From: an uncultured Planctomycetota bacterium
GTDB lineage: Bacteria; Planctomycetota; Planctomycetia; Isosphaerales; Isosphaeraceae
Direction: 5' to 3'
Assembly (NCBI GenBank): GCA_963845755.1
Contig: CAWJTV010000022.1
Coordinates: 64,001 to 128,000, forward strand
Length of the DNA: 64,000 nt
The notes under the pieces are model-generated. The model searched no databases. It was not told the DNA's origin and was given only the letters and a program-made list of their open reading frames with translations. Below are positions 43,125 to 51,573 of this stretch, piece by piece (positions within the stretch are counted from its first letter, which is position 1; the number at the start of each line of letters is the position of its first letter). Made by a program: the position numbers and the translations under genes.

Positions 43125-45125
43125 GTGCCAATCCGCGTCATCTGCCCGTCCTGCGGCCGAACGAGTCGCCGACCGGACCGAGCCATCGGGCGGACCATCA
43201 CATGCCAGGCTTGTAGTTACAGCCATATTCTAACAGAAGACATGACGGAGCCCGAGGACGAACCACGCCCGAAGGCAGCCCAGTCATCCCGAGTGCAGCC
43301 TCGGACGCAACCGGCCGTGCCGGCGCAACGGCCGACCAGGACCACGCCCGTTGACCCTTCGCATGACGGTCACGACGTTCCGGCCGGGCTACGCCTGTCG
43401 GGACGGGCCCTGGTGAGCGGGGCGATTGGCGCGGCCCTGCTGTTGATCGTGTCGGCCTGCCTGGCCGTCACCATGTTGCTCGGTTCTGCCAAGGTGAGCG
43501 AGGTTGAGGTGGCGTCCGTCGCAGACCCGAAGGCGCCCCAGACCCCGGCCGCCGCAGCCCCCAAACCGGCCGCCGTCAACTCCAGTGGCGCGGCGGCCCA
43601 GCCCGATCCCGCCGGCACGAACCCGCCGGCGACCGCCGCCGACAAGACCGGCGCCTTGACTCAGCAATCCGCCTCCAACGGCGAGAAGTCGCCCGCCGCG
43701 GATACCACCGCCGCGAACCCGACCCCAGACACGCCCGCAACGGATACCACCGCCGCGAGCCCGACCCCAGACACGCCCGCAACGGACACCACCGCCTCGA
43801 ACCCGACCGCGGACACGCCCGCAGCGGACACCACTGCCGCGAACCCGGCCGCCCCCCCCGCGGCGAACCCGCCCGCGACCGTCGCCGATGCCAACGCCGC
43901 GAACCCACCGACGACGCCCACCGACGCCAACGCCGCCGGTGCGAGCCCGACCGCGGCCACGGCCGCCGCCGACTCCAGTGGCACGGCCGCCCAGCCGGAC
44001 CCCGCCGGCGCGAACCCGCCGGCTACCGCGCCCGCCACGGACGCCAACGGTACGAACCCGGCCGCCAACGCCGCCGGCGCGAGCCCGACCGCGGCCACGG
44101 CCGCCGCCGACTCCAATGGCACGGCCGCCCAGCCGGACCCCGCCGGCGCGAACCCGCCGGCTACCGCGCCCGCCACGGACGCCAACGGTGCGAACCCGAC
44201 CGCACCCCCCACCGCGAGCCCACCGGCGACCACCGCCGATGCCAACGCCGCGAACCCATCGGCGACGCCCACCGACGCCAGCGCCGCCGGCGCGAGCCCG
44301 ACCGCGGCCACGGCCGCCGCCGACTCCAGTGGCACGGCCGCCCAGCCGGACCCCGCCGGCGCGAACCCGCCGGCTACCGCGCCCGCCACGGACGCCAACG
44401 GTGCGAACCCGGCCGCCAACGCCAACGCCGCGGGCACCGGCGCCGCGAACCCTGCCGCCCCCCCCGCCGCGAACCCACCCGCGACCGCCGCTGATTCCAA
44501 CGCCGCGAACCCGACCACCGACACCGGCGGCGCGAACCCGACCGCAGCCAACACCGACGGCTCGGCCGCCCAGCCCGATCCCAACGCCGCGAACCCGACC
44601 GCACCCCCCGCAGCCAACACCAGCGGCACGGACCCGCAGTCCGACCCCGCCGGGACGAGCGGCGCTGGTACGACCGGGACCGGCACCTCGGGTACCGGCA
44701 CGACAGCCACCGGCACAACCGGCACCGGTTCGTCGGGCATCGGCGTGCCGGCGCCGGGCCCGACCGTAGTCGGCTCGCCAGGGACTGGTCCGACGGTAGT
44801 CGGCTCGCCAGGGACTGGTCCGACGGTAGTCGGCATGTCCGGCCAGGGCAAGGGTCCCCGTCCGACCGGGACCGGTGCGCCGGCCAACGGCAAGGGCTCC
44901 CGTCCGACCGGGACCGGTGCGCCGGCCAACGGCAAGGGCCACCGTCCGACCGGGACCGGTGCGCCGGCCAACGGCACGAAAGGCACCGGCGCGTCGAGCC
45001 ACAAGCCTCCCTCGCAGGCGCGACCCCGGCCGGGACCGCACCCGACGCCGCACACACTTCCGGCGAGGCAGAAGAGCCCGCACCCGTCGCAACCAACTCC
45101 AAAGCACCGCGCGCACACGAGATGA
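43125..45125 (+). CDS. Zn-ribbon + single TM + long Ala/Pro/Thr/Asn/Asp low-complexity repeat protein
   Basis: GGAGG RBS and GTG start; CPSC..CQAC; TM segment GAIGAALLLIVSACLAVTMLL; nested tandem repeats; basic Pro/His tail. Confidence 0.75.
   Translation: MPIRVICPSCGRTSRRPDRAIGRTITCQACSYSHILTEDMTEPEDEPRPKAAQSSRVQPRTQPAVPAQRPTRTTPVDPSHDGHDVPAGLRLSGRALVSGAIGAALLLIVSACLAVTMLLGSAKVSEVEVASVADPKAPQTPAAAAPKPAAVNSSGAAAQPDPAGTNPPATAADKTGALTQQSASNGEKSPAADTTAANPTPDTPATDTTAASPTPDTPATDTTASNPTADTPAADTTAANPAAPPAANPPATVADANAANPPTTPTDANAAGASPTAATAAADSSGTAAQPDPAGANPPATAPATDANGTNPAANAAGASPTAATAAADSNGTAAQPDPAGANPPATAPATDANGANPTAPPTASPPATTADANAANPSATPTDASAAGASPTAATAAADSSGTAAQPDPAGANPPATAPATDANGANPAANANAAGTGAANPAAPPAANPPATAADSNAANPTTDTGGANPTAANTDGSAAQPDPNAANPTAPPAANTSGTDPQSDPAGTSGAGTTGTGTSGTGTTATGTTGTGSSGIGVPAPGPTVVGSPGTGPTVVGSPGTGPTVVGMSGQGKGPRPTGTGAPANGKGSRPTGTGAPANGKGHRPTGTGAPANGTKGTGASSHKPPSQARPRPGPHPTPHTLPARQKSPHPSQPTPKHRAHTR
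43690..44975. repeat. Coding tandem repeats
   Basis: 39-nt units (PAADTTAANPTPD), ~120-nt unit x3 (AAGASPTAATAAADSSGTAAQPDPAGANPPATAPATDANG), 30-nt x3 (GPTVVGSPGT) and 42-nt x3 (GKGxRPTGTGAPAN). Confidence 0.85.
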
Positions 45126-45204
45126 GATCGCGATCAACGGACGATGCCCCGCAAGTAGCATCGAGTCGCGCCAACGAAGAACCATCCCTTTCGGAGAACG
45201 GACG

Positions 45205-46554
45205 ATGATCTTCCTTCGACGATGCCTGGCCGGCCTACTCCTGCTCCCCGGTCTCTGGCCCGCCGCGTCGGTCCGCGCCGACGAGGCGGAGGACGAGGTG
45301 ATCGCCGCGCTCAAGAAGCTCGATGGCAGGCTCATCCAGGACCCGAAGATGGCGGGCAATCCAGTCGTTCAGGCATACCTCCGGGGCGTCAAAGTCACCG
45401 ATGAGGCGCTCCCGGAGCTGTCGAAACTCAAGCAGCTCCGCATCTTGTTCCTCGACCGAAGCCATGTATCGGACGCAGGGTTGAAGGTCCTTCGTGCCTG
45501 CGAGAACTTGCACGCCCTGGGCCTCCAAAGCACCGCGGTGACGGACGCGGGGTTGAAGGAACTCCGAGGACTCGGGAACCTTCGCGCACTGCACCTCACT
45601 AACACGAGGGTGACCGACGCCGGGCTCGAGGAACTCCGCGGACTCGAGAACCTACGGACGCTCGACCTGGGCGGGACCCGTACGACGGATCGAGGGAGGA
45701 AAGAGCTGCTCGCGGCCTTGCCGAAGCTCAGGATCATCGACTCGACTCGCCGGCAAAGACTCGCGCATGCGAAGGCAAGCCCATCGGCGTCGGTCCGACT
45801 GCCCAAGGACACGAAACCCGACGTGCGGTTCGTCTTCGAGTTCGACAAGCTGGACTTCCACTCGGGCGATGCCCAGAAGGACGCCGACCTGAAGGCGGAC
45901 TGCGATTCCTTCGCCGAGACGATGCGCAGCCGGGTCTATCCCATCCTCAGGGAGATCACCGGCGTCCATGTAGGGCAATACCAAAAGGAAATCCGATACA
46001 CGATCCATCCGGCCGGGACCATGGGCGGGAGGACCGTCGGCAATCACGTCGACCTGGACCAGCGCTATAGCGTCAGTTGGGAGGATGATCGTCTCCCTCA
46101 CGAAATACATGAATTGATTCATGTTATCAATGGTTATTCCCATGTGCTACGAGGAGGCGGCGACCACATCTGGCACGAGGCGCTCATCGCCGCCGTCGAA
46201 GTGCGCCTGGGTTGGCAACCCTCGATGACTCGGGCTCGCATGATGGCCGAAGCCGGGAGACTCCTCGAGAGGATCGAGGCGTCGCATGACATACCGAATT
46301 CCTACTCATCCCGCTGCGGGCTCCTCTCGGACCGACTTGGGGTCCTGTATTTCGATCTCGGGGAGGAGGCCATCGGGCGGCTCTACGGGAGCACGATCAA
46401 GCCTCTCCCCACTCGCAAGCCGAGCAAGGAGATGATTGACGCCTGGCGCACGGAGGCGGAGGCCAGGAAAGTTCAGGCCCTCCTGGAGATGCTGAAGCAC
46501 GATTACAAGTTTACATTCGACCAGAGGACGCGCTTGGCGCTCGGCTGCCCATAG
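45205..46554 (+). CDS. Secreted LRR protein with C-terminal HExxH metallopeptidase-like domain
   Basis: Signal peptide; about 5 VTDAGLKEL LRRs; IHELIHVING followed by IWHEAL. Confidence 0.75.
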   Translation: MIFLRRCLAGLLLLPGLWPAASVRADEAEDEVIAALKKLDGRLIQDPKMAGNPVVQAYLRGVKVTDEALPELSKLKQLRILFLDRSHVSDAGLKVLRACENLHALGLQSTAVTDAGLKELRGLGNLRALHLTNTRVTDAGLEELRGLENLRTLDLGGTRTTDRGRKELLAALPKLRIIDSTRRQRLAHAKASPSASVRLPKDTKPDVRFVFEFDKLDFHSGDAQKDADLKADCDSFAETMRSRVYPILREITGVHVGQYQKEIRYTIHPAGTMGGRTVGNHVDLDQRYSVSWEDDRLPHEIHELIHVINGYSHVLRGGGDHIWHEALIAAVEVRLGWQPSMTRARMMAEAGRLLERIEASHDIPNSYSSRCGLLSDRLGVLYFDLGEEAIGRLYGSTIKPLPTRKPSKEMIDAWRTEAEARKVQALLEMLKHDYKFTFDQRTRLALGCP

Positions 46555-46677
46555 GGGGCCCTTTCACAAAGGCCGGGTTCGCGACGCACGACGCGATCGC
46601 GATCGCGATCATCGACAACGGTGGCTGGCCTGTAGACATCGTCCACGGTCCTCACTCCCATGAATTGAAGTCCGCTC

Positions 46678-46885
46678 CTCGGTCGATCGAACGGATGCTT
46701 CCAGATTACGCTTCCTGGATGACGTCCGACGCGTCGATCCGCCCCTGCAACCGCCGATCCATCCTCAGCGCAACCATGCGCCGGAGCCGATCGCCGTGCC
46801 GTGTCAGCAGGGTGCCCAGGGCCCGCGGATCACCGCGGGCCGCCTGCTCGAGCAAGTGGTTGGTCACATCCGAGTTGCTGGTCAT
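46678..46885 (-). pseudogene. Truncated ECF sigma factor (5' third only)
   Basis: MTSNSDVTNHLLEQAARGDP...DASDVIQEA*, nearly identical to the start of the 38859 gene; homology ends at 46678. Confidence 0.85.
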
Positions 46886-47407
46886 CGAAGACACCGTGCC
46901 GAGAGTGGTTCACACCGCAACCCAGGGCCCGCGCATCCGAGGCCGACGGCAAGATCGCGCGAACCCCTCAAAGAGTAAACCGCGCAGGCGGACCAAAAGG
47001 GGACAGGAAAATGGGAATTTTTTGACTCCCTCACGCATCATATCGAGGAGATTCGCAAATTTTCAAAGATTCGTGACGTTTTCTTGTACCGTTGGGGGCA
47101 AGTCGCGCGGTTAAGGGTGTAGCGACGCCCAGCAGAAGTCTCACAAGGCGGGCGTGCCCGGCGCGAGGTGCGCGGCCGGGGACAGCGGCTCCGTCGTGGT
47201 ATCGCGGACCGTATTCCGACAGCCCAGAGGCTGATCATGTCCCGTTCATCGTGGCGTTCCTGCGCCGTTTCGATCAGCCAAGCCCGGCGCGGCCCGCGTC
47301 GCAAGCCGGCGTAGCGGCCGAAAACGGCCCGCCTTGTCCTGGAGTCGCTCGAAGGTCGGGCGCTGCTGACGACCTATGACGCGAGCAGGGTCTCGGCCCT
47401 GATCGCC
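46678..47407. repeat. ~730-bp direct repeat, copy 2
   Basis: Near-identical to 38653-39386. Confidence 0.95.
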
Positions 47408-47559
47408 GACTCGCCCATTGTTCGGGCGAGTCAGGGGAACTAAACGGTCTGGCGGTCGGGTCGGCTCTCATCAGGGAATCCACAGAGTGATCATTCCTGA
47501 GTGAGGTTGCCGCCTGCGCCGTCGGGAAGGTCAACTCAATAACAACGAGGAGGTGATCG

Positions 47560-48450
47560 ATGACAAGCCTGGCGAAGAGACGGTGGTTTCACGGGATGGT
47601 GGCGACCCTGCTCCTCACGCTTGGCGCGGCAGCGGAGACGAGGGCGGACACCGTGGTGTACGCCACCGCCGACAACGGCACAACGAACCTGTTCGGCACG
47701 ATGGACCTGACGACAGGTCAGTTCACCCAGATTGCGACGACGACCCCACTGTTCGGATCCATCACTGCCGGGGCTGGTGGAACCCTCTACGGCGGGGAGG
47801 GCAACCTCAACTACAACCTCGCCACGATCAGTCCCTCGGGCGTGCCGTCCCAGTTCGGCACGGTCACCGCGCCCAGCAATTCCTATGGCTTCACCGGGCT
47901 CGCCTCGGCGGGAGCGGCGGGTTTTTACGCCATTTACCAGATCGGTTCGTTACCCGGGCCATTCTCGGCAACCTTCGAGCACATTTCCGCCGACGGCAAT
48001 AGCTCGAGCGTCGTGGGGACTCTGAGTACATCGTTTTGGAGCTTCAACAGCGGCAACCTCGCTTTCGGACCGGATGGGAAGCTCTACTTCGACGTCTGGC
48101 CCACGTCGAGCAAAGTCGCCACTCTCTACCAGGTGAATACCACGACTGGGGCCGCGACCGCGGTGGGCTCTGGCCTGGGCACGACCGACCCCCTGGCGCT
48201 GGTCTCCGCCGGATCAACGCTCTATGGAATCGACACCTTCATCCCCTCCGCTCCGTCGATCTTTACGATCAACACCACTACAGGCGTGGCGACCGAGATC
48301 GGCACGGTCTCTGGCCTGCCGACGGGATACACGATCGACACGATGGGTGGCAGCGTACCGGAGCCTGGCACGATCACGCTTCTTTGCACTGGCACACTTG
48401 TCCTCCTGGTTTTCTCTCGGCACGTCCGTAGGACCTCATGCAGGGGGTAA
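47560..48450 (+). CDS. PEP-CTERM sorting domain protein
   Basis: Signal peptide; beta-propeller-like body; C-terminal VPEPGTITLLCTGTLVLLVFSRHVRR. Confidence 0.85.
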   Translation: MTSLAKRRWFHGMVATLLLTLGAAAETRADTVVYATADNGTTNLFGTMDLTTGQFTQIATTTPLFGSITAGAGGTLYGGEGNLNYNLATISPSGVPSQFGTVTAPSNSYGFTGLASAGAAGFYAIYQIGSLPGPFSATFEHISADGNSSSVVGTLSTSFWSFNSGNLAFGPDGKLYFDVWPTSSKVATLYQVNTTTGAATAVGSGLGTTDPLALVSAGSTLYGIDTFIPSAPSIFTINTTTGVATEIGTVSGLPTGYTIDTMGGSVPEPGTITLLCTGTLVLLVFSRHVRRTSCRG

Positions 48451-48635
48451 GATCCGTGCAGGGGGTGCCGGGCCCAGTTTGAGAACCAGGTGAACAGGAA
48501 AAGAAAGGCGGCGGGTGAGGCCCTCGCCGCCAAGAAAGTCTCTGGGGCCCGGCGAGTCCCGGCGCTGGTACCTGCGCCAGGGTCCACTTGCTCATTCATT
48601 TCATTGCGGACCGCATCGAAACAAGGAGCTTCACC

Positions 48636-51269
48636 ATGTCTCTTTCCACCTGGCTTTCGGGGAGTTTTTCGCACAGCCTGGCCCGGCGCGCGCAGCGCCC
48701 TGGCCCGGCGACAGCGTCGTCCCACCGCCGGCACACCTTCCGGCCCAGTCTGGAAGGACTCGAGATCCGGCTCACATTGAGCCTGACCACGCTGGCTACG
48801 TTCGTCGGCAACGGCGGTGAAAGCCCGATCGGCGGCGTGATCATGGACAGCAGCGGCAATCTCTATGGCACGACCGAGTATGGAGGCGCTGACAGCCAAG
48901 GCACCGTTTTCGAGCTCGCCCAGGGCGGCAGCACCATCACCCCCCTGGCGTCGTTCAACGGCACCAACGGAGCCAATCCACAGGCCAGCCTGATCATCGA
49001 CAGCAGCGGCAATCTGTACGGCACCACGTTCTATGGAGGCACCTCGTGGAACGGAACGACCAATGACGGTTATGGCACGGTTTTCGAGGTGGCGAAGGGG
49101 AGCGGCACGATCACCACGCTGGTCTCGTTCACCGGCGCCAATGGCAACGGTGCGTACCCGCGTGGCGGCGTGATCATGGACAGCGGCGGTAATCTGTACG
49201 GCACAACGGAGGAAAGCCGCGGAGGCTACGGCGAGGTTTTCGAGTTGGCCCACGGCAGCGGCACGATCACCTCGGTCAACCTCACCGTTGGCGAAGACCC
49301 GCAGGGCGGCGTGGTCATGGACAGCAGCGGTAATCTGTACGGCACAGGGACCGGAGGAATCGACGACATCGTTTTCGAGCTGGCCCACGGCAGCCGCGAG
49401 ACCACCGAGCTGGCTGAGCTCAACAAACCCATCGGCGCAGACCCGTATGACAGCCTGATCATGGACAGCAGCGGCAATCTGTACGGCACAGCGGCGGAAG
49501 GAGGCGCCTACCAAGACGGCACGGTTTTCGAGTTGGCCCACGGCAGCCACAAGCCCACTGCCCTGGCTTCGTTCAACGGCACCGACGGCAGAGAACCGTA
49601 TGCCAGCCTGATCATGGACAGCAGCGGCGATCTGTTCGGCACAACGTGGGAGGGAGGCGCCTCCAGCGACGGCACCGTCTTCGAGCTGGCCCAGGGCAGC
49701 GGCACCATCACCACCCTGGTCTCGTTCAACGGCACCAATGGCGCAGGCCCGAAAGACGCTCTGATCATGGACAGCAGCGGCAATCTGTACGGCACAACCG
49801 CTGGTGGAGGCGCCTCGGGCGAGGGCACGGTTTTCGAGCTCGCCAAGGTCGGCAGCGGGTACAGCAGCACGATCACCACGTTGGCTTCGTTCACCGGCGC
49901 CAATGGCATCGGTGCACACCCGGCAGACACCTTGATCATGGATAACAGCGGCAATCTGTACGGCACAACGCGTAATGGAGGCGTCTTCGGAGCCGGCTCT
50001 GGTGGTTATGGCACGGTTTTCGAGATGGCCCAGGGCAGCGGCACGATCACCACCCTGGCTTCGTTCAACGGCTCCGACGGCGCAGATCCGGAGGCCGGCC
50101 TGATCATGGACAGCAGCGGCAACCTGTACGGCACAACGTGTGGAGGAGCCTTCAACGGCGGCACGGTTTTCGAGTTGGCCCACGGGAGCGGCACGATCAC
50201 CACGCTGGCTACGTTCAACGGCACCAACGGTATGACCCCGTCTGCCAGCCTGATCATGGACAGCAAAGGCAACCTGTACGGCACAACATCTCAAGGAGGC
50301 GCCACTTTCGGCGTCTCGGATTTCGGAGACGGAACCGTGTTCGAATTGGCCCAGGGGAGCGGCACGATCACCACTCTGGCTTCGTTCAACGGCACCGACG
50401 GCGAAGCCCCCGATGGGGCCCTGATCATGGACAGCAGCGGCAATCTGTACAGCACAACATCTGAAGGAGGCACCTCCAACGACGGCACGGTTTTCGAGCT
50501 GGCCCATGGCAGCGGCACGATCACGACGCTGGCTTCGTTCAACGGCACCAACGGGTCAACACCGCTTGCCGGGCTGATAAGGGACAGCGGCGGCAACCTG
50601 TACGGCACGGCGTATGGTGGAGGTGCCACCGGCGACGGGACCGTTTTCGAGCTGGCCCATGGCAGCGGCACGATCACGACGCTGGCTTCGTTCAACAGCG
50701 CCGACGGTCTAGGTCCGTATGCCAGTCTGATCATGGACAGCAGTGGCAATCTGTACGGCACAACGTCTGGGGGAGGCCTCTCCTGGGGCACGGTTTTCAA
50801 GCTGGCCCACAACAGCGGCACGATCACCGCCCTGGCTTTGTTCAACGACAGCAACGGTGACGGTGAAAACCCGCTTGGCGGCCTGATCATGGACAGCAGC
50901 GGCAATCTCTACGGCACGACTCTTTTTGGAGCAGGCACCGCCGCCTCGGGAACGGTTTTTGAGCTGTCAGGGGCCGATGCCCTGCCGGCTGTGCGAATCG
51001 GCGGTTTGCGTTCCTCCACTGGCGCCGGCGCATCTCGAACACTCACCGCCAACGTTCCGGATGCCGTCGGCACCACCGACACCGGCGATGCCGGCACAGT
51101 CGACCTCACGAGCAACGACAGCACGGCCGGCCTGGCCGCGAATGACACGGCCGCGGAGATTGGAACGGATCCCTTCGGCGGGCTAGTTCCGCAAGAGAAA
51201 GGTAAGCCATCGATCACGGGCACGCTCTTCAGCTCGACCACGGGCAGCCTGAGCGCGGATGGTTCTTGA
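48636..51269 (+). CDS. Secreted tandem-repeat (GloVer/choice-of-anchor type) beta-propeller protein
   Basis: RPSLEGLEIRLTL export motif; 14 repeats of LIMDSSGNLYGTT..GG...GTVFEL. Confidence 0.88.
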   Translation: MSLSTWLSGSFSHSLARRAQRPGPATASSHRRHTFRPSLEGLEIRLTLSLTTLATFVGNGGESPIGGVIMDSSGNLYGTTEYGGADSQGTVFELAQGGSTITPLASFNGTNGANPQASLIIDSSGNLYGTTFYGGTSWNGTTNDGYGTVFEVAKGSGTITTLVSFTGANGNGAYPRGGVIMDSGGNLYGTTEESRGGYGEVFELAHGSGTITSVNLTVGEDPQGGVVMDSSGNLYGTGTGGIDDIVFELAHGSRETTELAELNKPIGADPYDSLIMDSSGNLYGTAAEGGAYQDGTVFELAHGSHKPTALASFNGTDGREPYASLIMDSSGDLFGTTWEGGASSDGTVFELAQGSGTITTLVSFNGTNGAGPKDALIMDSSGNLYGTTAGGGASGEGTVFELAKVGSGYSSTITTLASFTGANGIGAHPADTLIMDNSGNLYGTTRNGGVFGAGSGGYGTVFEMAQGSGTITTLASFNGSDGADPEAGLIMDSSGNLYGTTCGGAFNGGTVFELAHGSGTITTLATFNGTNGMTPSASLIMDSKGNLYGTTSQGGATFGVSDFGDGTVFELAQGSGTITTLASFNGTDGEAPDGALIMDSSGNLYSTTSEGGTSNDGTVFELAHGSGTITTLASFNGTNGSTPLAGLIRDSGGNLYGTAYGGGATGDGTVFELAHGSGTITTLASFNSADGLGPYASLIMDSSGNLYGTTSGGGLSWGTVFKLAHNSGTITALALFNDSNGDGENPLGGLIMDSSGNLYGTTLFGAGTAASGTVFELSGADALPAVRIGGLRSSTGAGASRTLTANVPDAVGTTDTGDAGTVDLTSNDSTAGLAANDTAAEIGTDPFGGLVPQEKGKPSITGTLFSSTTGSLSADGS

Positions 51270-51573
51270 CATCCAGCGCTCAGTCAATCGATCGCGGACC
51301 GCACCGCAAAAAAGACGGCGGACTTGCTGAAAAAGGCCGGCAACGCCAAGGCATAGCGTTCCGACGACGACCGGAACAAGTCAACAGAAAAAGCGGCAGG
51401 TGAGCCTCACCGCCGCCCAGGGGCTTGACCGGATCGGCAAAGCCCTGGCGCTCGGTCTGCGCGCGGGGGTGCTTGCTCAATCAGTGTATCGCGGACTGCA
51501 TCAGCGTTCGTGAGGGTGTCAGAGAGGCTGTTCATCGATCGAGATTGTTTAACATCAAGGGAGCAACAGAACC

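Noticed and set aside
43389..45359. Long Gly/Arg/Val-rich minus-strand ORFs
   Set aside because: Antisense shadows of the low-complexity plus-strand gene, which has an RBS, Zn ribbon and TM helix.
48780..50970. Regularly spaced DNA repeats resembling a CRISPR array
   Set aside because: They are in-frame coding repeats (~150-nt period, synonymous variation) of one protein, and no cas genes are present.
51280..51560. Possible riboswitch upstream of the beta-helix gene
   Set aside because: Some hairpin potential, but I could not match conserved motifs of any known riboswitch by eye; needs an Rfam scan.
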